Assembly: GCA_018238545.1 (NCBI GenBank)
Contig: JABCTC010000009.1
Location: 30,709 to 94,708 of the forward strand
From: Candidatus Heimdallarchaeota archaeon
GTDB taxonomy: Archaea; Asgardarchaeota; Heimdallarchaeia; Heimdallarchaeales; Heimdallarchaeaceae
Direction of reading: 5' to 3'
Length of the DNA stretch: 64,000 nt
Below, in pieces: positions 57,758-64,000 of this stretch (positions are counted from its first letter, which is position 1; each line of letters opens with the position of its first letter). Under the pieces are notes generated by a model, which searched no databases, was not told the DNA's origin, and saw only the letters and a list, made by a program, of their open reading frames with translations. Both the position numbers and the translations under genes were made by a program.

Positions 57758-59533
57758 ATGAAAATAAAAAGAAACATAGTTTTGAGTATAGCTTTCTCCA
57801 TAATATTAGTTGTTTCTACGATTATTGTAGTGTTGATAGTAATTGAACCAACTGATCAGAGGATTGAGCATGAGCCGATTATAATTTGGAGTGATAGAGA
57901 TTTCAATAACTACAACTTCAGAGGAAAGGGAAGTGAAGAATCTCCATATCGTATCAACAATCTGAATATAACAACTACAAGTAGTAAAGGGATATACATC
58001 ACAAATACGACTAAATCATTCAGCATATCGAATTGTATCATCTCAGCAGGATATGCTGGAATTCACATCCAAAAAATTGCTACATCAACTGCTCAAATAA
58101 TCAACAATACATGTAATGACGCAGGTGTTGGAATACTTATTCAAAATTCTCCAAACATAATAATTTCTAATAATATTTGTCAGAAAAATGATAAGGAAAA
58201 TGGTATTTTTATTTCTAATTCACCTAATTCTCTTATTACAAATAATACTTGTAATGGTAATTCAGGAATCAATTTCATAGAAAAGAATTTTGGGAATGGA
58301 ATATCTTTAATAAATTCACCTTCAAGTATTCTTTCAGATAATGTTTGTATTCTCAACAGTGGGCATGGTATATCTTTATCTCTCTCTGATAATTCTATAA
58401 TTAGTAATAATAGGTTCTCAAATAATAGTATTACAGGTTTATGGGTGGACTATTCTCGAAACAGTTCAGTAATCAATAATAAATTCCTTAACGATGGTTT
58501 AGCATTTGAAAGTCTATTTACTTCAAATCATGATATCTTTGATAAATTTGAAGAATTTACACTTGATTATTATCTTTCAATGAAAATAGAAGGCAATTTT
58601 GTGAACGAAAAACCTTTAGGATTTTATTCCAATTTGACTAATCAAATTATTACTTCAACAGGAGATGGTCAGATGATCTTTGTAAATTGTTTCAATTTAA
58701 CAGTATCTGATTTAACACCAACAGAATTCTACGGAGTATCATTTTACTACTGTAGTTATTCGAAAATTATTGGAAATAATTTCTCTAATATTGCAAAAAA
58801 TGGTGTGTTACAGGTATATTCGGATTACACTTTGATTGCAAATAATACCCTTAGTTTCAATGGAGAAACAGGAATCATACTCTACAATAGTAATAATTCA
58901 ACAATTTACAATAATACTTGTTTATCAAACTACTGGGGAGGTATTACTATGATACAATCCAGTAACATCACAATTAAACAGAATATATGTAATAATTCAG
59001 GTTCAACTAATTCGGATGGAATAACCGTGTTAATGTCTTCTAATATTACGATCACTGAAAATATATGTAAAAATAATCGAAATTCTGGAATAGAGACTTG
59101 GGAATCTGAATACCTAATAATAACAAACAACACTCTAATTAATAATCGTTGGGGAATATTTGGTGGTCCTGCTTCTTTCTTCACCATATCCTTTAACACA
59201 ATAGAATTAAGTAGACAAGAGGGAATAATGATGATTACTTCTTCAAGTAACGGATTATCCAAAAATAGTACTATTACATATAATATTTTCGCTAATAATA
59301 CTTCTTATGGAATTGCTATTCAAGCAGGTATCAACATCGTAATCCATCACAATAGTTTTACATATAACAATCTAATGAGTATTCAAGGATTCGATTCAGG
59401 TTCAGACAATTACTGGTATGACATCAATCTACTAGAAGGAAACCACTGGAAAGACTGGTCAAGTGGAAATTACTCCATCGATGGTTCTGCTGGATCTGAA
59501 GATATTTATCCTCTTTCAAGCAGTCCAGTTTAG
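57758..59533 (+). CDS. N-terminally anchored right-handed parallel beta-helix (NosD/CASH-like) surface protein
   Basis: Repeated GI.I..S.N..I.NN units, G.GSEESPYRI, GNHW.D..Y.IDG..D.YPL end. Confidence 0.9.
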   Translation: MKIKRNIVLSIAFSIILVVSTIIVVLIVIEPTDQRIEHEPIIIWSDRDFNNYNFRGKGSEESPYRINNLNITTTSSKGIYITNTTKSFSISNCIISAGYAGIHIQKIATSTAQIINNTCNDAGVGILIQNSPNIIISNNICQKNDKENGIFISNSPNSLITNNTCNGNSGINFIEKNFGNGISLINSPSSILSDNVCILNSGHGISLSLSDNSIISNNRFSNNSITGLWVDYSRNSSVINNKFLNDGLAFESLFTSNHDIFDKFEEFTLDYYLSMKIEGNFVNEKPLGFYSNLTNQIITSTGDGQMIFVNCFNLTVSDLTPTEFYGVSFYYCSYSKIIGNNFSNIAKNGVLQVYSDYTLIANNTLSFNGETGIILYNSNNSTIYNNTCLSNYWGGITMIQSSNITIKQNICNNSGSTNSDGITVLMSSNITITENICKNNRNSGIETWESEYLIITNNTLINNRWGIFGGPASFFTISFNTIELSRQEGIMMITSSSNGLSKNSTITYNIFANNTSYGIAIQAGINIVIHHNSFTYNNLMSIQGFDSGSDNYWYDINLLEGNHWKDWSSGNYSIDGSAGSEDIYPLSSSPV

Positions 59534-59655
59534 GTTTCCTTTCTCTTATTTTAAGAACAAGCATTAGTTGTAAATAGTCCCAAAATAGTTCTGATATTTT
59601 TTTAACCAATCTTCTATGCAAAAAGCAAATATAACTTGAATAAATAATCTGTTTA

Positions 59656-60624
59656 ATGACTAAGATAGTAAATCTCGATGAAATCAAAGCAATTTTAGAG
59701 AATATCAATCCGATAGAAATTATAGAGGAAGGCTTCATGGCTTATTCTCAAGGGAAAGTTGAGGTTCCTCCTGTTGGGGAAATGATTTTCGATAAACCTC
59801 CTGGAGAATGTCATATCAAATATGGTTTCATTAAGGAAGATGATTATTTTGTTATAAAGATAGCAACTGGATTTTATGACAATCCCAAAATAAATTTACC
59901 TGCTTTTGATGGATTGATGCTCTTGTTTAGTCAAAAAACTGGTCAGTTGCTTAGTGTTTTACTTGATGAAGGGCATTTAACGAATATTCGGACCGCATCA
60001 GCTGGTGCAATTGCAGCTAAATACATGGCACCTAAAAATGTTAAAAGAATAGGTGTTTTCGGAGCAGGTACACATGGAAGATTACAACCAATATATTTGC
60101 AGAAAGTATTAGATTGTAACAATATTATTGCTTGGGGAACAAATCAAGAAGAATTAGATATCTATGAAAAAGACATGAAGGAGCTAGGATTCAATGTCCA
60201 AACTACGCAAAATCCTGAAGACATCACTTCATCTTGTAATCTAATAGTAACTTGTACTCCTTCAAAAAAGCCTTTAATTTTTGCCGATCAAATTAGAAAG
60301 GGTACCCATATAACTGCTATAGGTTCAGATACTCCTGAAAAACAAGAATTAGATACTGATATTTTACAGAAAGCAGATTGCTTAATTGTTGATAGTATAG
60401 AACAATGTATGTCTAGAGGAGAGAGTTTCAAGGCAATGAATGATGGAAAGATAAAAAAAGAAAAAATGATTGAACTTGGACAAATAATCATGGATAAATC
60501 ACTTCGACGACAATCTGAAGAAGAGATAACAGTAACTGATTTAACAGGGGTAGCTATTCAGGACATACAAATAGCTAAAGCAGTGTGGAAAGCGATTAAT
60601 GGAGAAATAGAACAATCCATATGA
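59656..60624 (+). CDS. Ornithine cyclodeaminase/mu-crystallin family protein
   Basis: LTNIRTA, GAGTHG, HITAIGSD..KQELD, DLTGVAIQD. Confidence 0.92.
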   Translation: MTKIVNLDEIKAILENINPIEIIEEGFMAYSQGKVEVPPVGEMIFDKPPGECHIKYGFIKEDDYFVIKIATGFYDNPKINLPAFDGLMLLFSQKTGQLLSVLLDEGHLTNIRTASAGAIAAKYMAPKNVKRIGVFGAGTHGRLQPIYLQKVLDCNNIIAWGTNQEELDIYEKDMKELGFNVQTTQNPEDITSSCNLIVTCTPSKKPLIFADQIRKGTHITAIGSDTPEKQELDTDILQKADCLIVDSIEQCMSRGESFKAMNDGKIKKEKMIELGQIIMDKSLRRQSEEEITVTDLTGVAIQDIQIAKAVWKAINGEIEQSI

Positions 60625-60671
60625 TACTTTGAAAAGTTTTAAATTGTTATAGTTAGTTAAATCAATTGGTT

Positions 60672-60938
60672 ATGTCATCCTTAGAGAGAAAAAAATGCGT
60701 TAATTGTCATACAAAGGGGGTTTCAATTTTAGAGAGAAAAGAGACATTTCACCTTGATCAAGGAATTTTCTATAAAATTTATCATATCACTTATGTATGC
60801 AAAAAGGGATGCTGGCATGATTGGACTGAATATTATAGAACTGAACTTAAAGACTTTAATGAAGATGATTCAGAACAGATGGTATTCCCCGAAGAAGAAA
60901 TTATCACACCAGATAGAGTAAATTTTACGAAAGAGTAA
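60672..60938 (+). CDS. Small zinc-finger protein
   Basis: CVNC...CKKGCWH, acidic tail. Confidence 0.65.
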   Translation: MSSLERKKCVNCHTKGVSILERKETFHLDQGIFYKIYHITYVCKKGCWHDWTEYYRTELKDFNEDDSEQMVFPEEEIITPDRVNFTKE

Positions 60939-60978
60939 TCTCAAGCATATAAAAAAAAGAAAGAAAAAAATTTTAGCC

Positions 60979-61161
60979 TTATTTAGCCCAAATTAAAGGT
61001 TTATCAAGAGCAACCCAAATCACGTCAATAAGCCAGCCTATTCCTAATAGGCCTCCAGTTAGTAGCCAGACAACGCCTGAGAGAATGTGTCCTTTATAAA
61101 ACCTGTATATTCCAAAAGCGCCTAAAAAGAAAGCTATCAAAAAATCTACTACGTCTACCAT
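60979..61161 (-). CDS. Stand-alone TM2 domain protein
   Basis: FLGAFGIYRFYKG..GVVWLLTGGLLGIGWLID. Confidence 0.88.
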   Translation of the reverse strand: MVDVVDFLIAFFLGAFGIYRFYKGHILSGVVWLLTGGLLGIGWLIDVIWVALDKPLIWAK

Positions 61162-61301
61162 GTTTAATCACTTTTTTCATTTGCGACAAAAGTCACGGAG
61201 TAAATGCATATGGGTTACTTAAAAATTTATGTGTAATTTTTTCTTGACCTTGAATATTAATCATGTAAAAATTCATTAAGGATTTTTAAGAAATAGAGAG
61301 A

Positions 61302-62486
61302 TTATTCTCTTAACGCATTCCTAATTCTGTCCATACATTCTTCAAGGATGCTTCTAGGGCAAGCAACATTAATTCTTTCGAATCCTTCTCCTCCTTTCCC
61401 AAACATTGTTCCACCATCAAAAGCAACTTTTGCTTTATAAAGCATAAATTCTCTCCTTTCTTCATCATTCATACCTAAGCTTGAGAAATCAACCCATGCA
61501 AGATAAGTACCCTCTGGGTTAACCATATGAACATCAGGTAAATGCTCTTGAAGATAAGTATTAAGGAATTTGAAGTTTTCAAGAATATACTCCATAACTT
61601 GAACTAACCACTCTTCACCATCATTATAAGCACTGATAAGAGCACTTATTCCAAAAGCATTAGGGATGCCAAGACTGTTTCTCCCAGACATACCTTGAGT
61701 GAAAGTCTCACGTAATTTTTTGTTAGGTATAATAATGTTGGAAGTTTGAAGACCAGCAATATTGAATGTTTTACTAGGTGCTGTACAAATTATAGTGTGA
61801 TCATCATAATCTTCACTTAGTTTGGAGAAAACTTTGTGTTCATATCCGGGTAGAATAAGATCATGATGGATTTCATCAGAAATAATCAAAACATCATTTT
61901 CTAAACATATGTCCCCAAGTTTCTTCAATTCCTTTTCTGTCCAAATTCTTCCAACAGGATTGTGAGGGTTACATAAGATGAACATTTTAGTTAAAGGATC
62001 TTTGGCTTTTTCTTCAAAATCATCAAAGTTAAAAGAATATTGATTGTTTTCATAAACCAGTTGATTGTTTTGGATATGTCTTCCATTATTCTCTATTGTT
62101 GAGAAGAAAGGATAATAAACAGGAGATTGCACAATAATCTTATCACCTGGTTGAGTGAAAGATCGAATCAAAACATTAATTGCAGGAACTATGCCTGGAC
62201 TATAAACAATCCAGTCTTTATCTACTTCCCAGTCATGTCTTCTTTTCATCCAACCTATAACAGCATCGAAATATTCAGGAGTCTTGTGCCAACTATAACC
62301 GTAAATTCCTTCATCAGCTTTTTGTTTCATAGCCTCTATCAATGGTTGTGGGCATTGAAAGTCCATATCAGCGACCCATAAAGGAAGTACATCAGAAGTG
62401 CCAAAAAACTCTTCAAGTAAATGTTTATCCCACTTAACTGCATGAGTGTTTTTACGATCAATTATTTTATCAAAATCATACTTCAT
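61302..62486 (-). CDS. MalY/PatB family PLP C-S lyase (cystathionine beta-lyase-like)
   Basis: LWVADMDF, CNPHNPVG, DEIH, APSKTFN, ERINVACP. Confidence 0.94.
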   Translation of the reverse strand: MKYDFDKIIDRKNTHAVKWDKHLLEEFFGTSDVLPLWVADMDFQCPQPLIEAMKQKADEGIYGYSWHKTPEYFDAVIGWMKRRHDWEVDKDWIVYSPGIVPAINVLIRSFTQPGDKIIVQSPVYYPFFSTIENNGRHIQNNQLVYENNQYSFNFDDFEEKAKDPLTKMFILCNPHNPVGRIWTEKELKKLGDICLENDVLIISDEIHHDLILPGYEHKVFSKLSEDYDDHTIICTAPSKTFNIAGLQTSNIIIPNKKLRETFTQGMSGRNSLGIPNAFGISALISAYNDGEEWLVQVMEYILENFKFLNTYLQEHLPDVHMVNPEGTYLAWVDFSSLGMNDEERREFMLYKAKVAFDGGTMFGKGGEGFERINVACPRSILEECMDRIRNALRE

Positions 62487-62619
62487 ATAAAACCAAGTAA
62501 ATCATTGAAAACATCTTTTAAACATTTTTGAGAAATGATGTATAAAAAAATAGAAATGAACAGATATTATGTCTGTTTCACTTTTTTCTTTGTAATCCAA
62601 CTTGTGATACTTATGTTCT

Positions 62620-63813
62620 TCATACTCTTTGTTTCCTTCTACGCACCTTAATTTTAAAGAGCAAAATGACAGATGATCCAATAAACAATCCTGAGATAAG
62701 AGCAAACTCGAATAAAGTGGGCATCTCATATTCAATGTATTCACAATTAGAGTGAGTACTGTTTCTTAAGCCATCACTAGCCACAATAACATAGAAATAA
62801 ATTCCTTCATCAGGGAGTGAATCTACGTAACTATTTGTTATAACTGTGTCAATAGGAGTCATTCCTTCCACGGACCAGATATATGTTAGGGAGCGGAAAA
62901 TATAATATTGTGTCGCATCATCAACTTCATTCCATACTAAAGAGATACTACTAAGTTCAGTAGGATTTGGTAGAATATAGGATAATTCAGGAGCATCCAA
63001 ATCAGGAAATGTCACCTCGACATATTGGCAATTAGAGTGAGAACTATTGCCTACAGAATTTCCAGCAACAATCACATAATAATAATACCCAGCACCTGGT
63101 ACATTATCAGAATATTCGCTAGAAGAAACAGTAGCTATAGTGACTAATTGATCGATTGACCAAATGTAGGAAGTAGAACGATAAACATTGTAATAGGTTG
63201 CTTTTTCTACATCATCCCAATCAAGGTAGATACTTGTAATTTCAGTAGGATTAGGGACAATGAAAGCTAATTCAGGAGTTAGAGGAGCATAAATAAATTG
63301 CTTAAAGAAGATGTCCGGATCTGTTCCACAACTAGCTAATTCAGTATAATCCTCCCAAAACACATAGATGACACCATCAGAACCTGTAGTGATTACTGGA
63401 GCACGTGAGGATTGATCACTTTCTGTTGAAAGTGCGCCAATTGAAGACCAACTTGATAATGAAACGTCCCAATATGTATAAGCAATATCTGTACCTTCTC
63501 CAATAACTATGTTATCATCACTCTCTTGCCAAACTACATGCACATTTCCAAAAACATCACAAACAAGCGAAGTATCCCAAGAGTAATCTGCACTTGTACT
63601 AGATAAAACCTCTGTATCAGTCAAATTTGCCGAAGAAGAAGTGTTCCAATGTTTGTAAAAAACATCAATATCTGTTCCGCTACTTAGATCTGTATAATCC
63701 TCCCAAGCTATATGTATATCTCCATTAATATCTACATCACCAGCCATTGTTATACCACTACATTCAAATTTAGGTATTATCGTATCAACTGTAAGATTAC
63801 TGATATTATCCAA
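62620..63813 (-). CDS. C-terminal part of a surface protein: propeller-like repeats, two FN3-like repeats, TM anchor with basic tail; 5' end missing
   Basis: D..G.VH..W.D repeats; duplicated PNPTE..SI.L.W..RS..YIWS..YVIVA..HSNC unit; no signal peptide, in-frame TAA at 63844-63846. Confidence 0.8.
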   Translation of the reverse strand: MDNISNLTVDTIIPKFECSGITMAGDVDINGDIHIAWEDYTDLSSGTDIDVFYKHWNTSSSANLTDTEVLSSTSADYSWDTSLVCDVFGNVHVVWQESDDNIVIGEGTDIAYTYWDVSLSSWSSIGALSTESDQSSRAPVITTGSDGVIYVFWEDYTELASCGTDPDIFFKQFIYAPLTPELAFIVPNPTEITSIYLDWDDVEKATYYNVYRSTSYIWSIDQLVTIATVSSSEYSDNVPGAGYYYYVIVAGNSVGNSSHSNCQYVEVTFPDLDAPELSYILPNPTELSSISLVWNEVDDATQYYIFRSLTYIWSVEGMTPIDTVITNSYVDSLPDEGIYFYVIVASDGLRNSTHSNCEYIEYEMPTLFEFALISGLFIGSSVILLFKIKVRRRKQRV

Positions 63814-63814
63814 A

Positions 63815-64000
63815 TCCTGATTTGTTCCTGGTATGGAGAGCCATTATCCTTGAGATTAATAGTAAGAGGGCCGGAAATACCGTATAGATTCATGGAATCA
63901 ATAACATGCTGAATACTTGTCAGTTCCTGGTCCGAACCAATAGTAATGGTTCCTGTCAGGGGAGAGCCTGTGGCTGTAGTGAATTCATCAACACCAATGC
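63815..64000 (-). other. Fragment of an unrelated, bacterial-looking reading frame at the window end
   Basis: Reads IGVDEFTTATGSPLTGTITIGSDQELTSIQHVIDSMNLYGISGPLTINLKDNGSPYQEQIRI; 78/180 G+C over 63821-64000. Confidence 0.5.

Noticed and set aside
55270-59645. Half-sites of the ECF operator (TTCAAGTT near 55271; AACTTGAATA near 59632)
   Set aside because: Partner half-sites do not match; not enough to call regulon members
2996-62744. Numerous short antisense or nested ORFs in the track (e.g. 2996-3274, 4077-4367, 7900-8202, 19730-20050, 32396-32803, 42777-43232, 58930-59262, 62502-62744)
   Set aside because: Shadows of well-supported genes; no motifs or RBS
1-64000. tRNA, rRNA, IS elements, integrases, selenocysteine recoding
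   Set aside because: No GC-rich structural RNA islands, no transposase motifs, and no in-frame TGA at Cys positions seen (hydA L2 uses TGT/TGC)

Overview
AT-rich (roughly one third G+C by eye), gene-dense archaeal chromosomal segment, most likely from an Asgard archaeon of the Heimdallarchaeia. This is inferred from a two-domain gelsolin, stand-alone and TPR-fused longin-like domains, a TrmB regulator, TATA/BRE-like promoters, GGTGA ribosome-binding sites, U-rich terminators and many zinc-ribbon-tailed proteins. About 55 CDS are present; I saw no rRNA, tRNA, CRISPR array or transposase. The metabolic content suggests a heterotroph: S9 peptidase, IlvE, two further PLP enzymes, an ornithine cyclodeaminase homologue, acyl-CoA ligase, lactate permease, GH38 mannosidase, a GPH sugar symporter, and a CoA-disulfide reductase-rhodanese directly upstream of a complete group 3b [NiFe] hydrogenase operon. 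The best candidate for an undescribed system lies at 32.1-37.3 kb. A threonine-synthase-fold protein has its PLP Schiff-base Lys replaced by Arg and is fused to a PadR-type winged helix. It sits next to an ECF transporter with an HmpT/PdxU2-like S component, whose promoter carries a 24-bp near-perfect palindrome. Together these suggest a vitamin B6-sensing pseudoenzyme repressor and its target. Other highlights are a wHTH/Zn-ribbon plus CorA-like two-gene unit, a gelsolin divergent from a possible stand-alone X-domain protein, a TrmB-PH fusion with twin operators, an Asp-substituted hydrogenase proximal cluster, a disrupted Kelch gene with a long leader hairpin, and an apparently foreign or chimeric last ~185 bp. 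All family assignments come from reading motifs, not from database searches.
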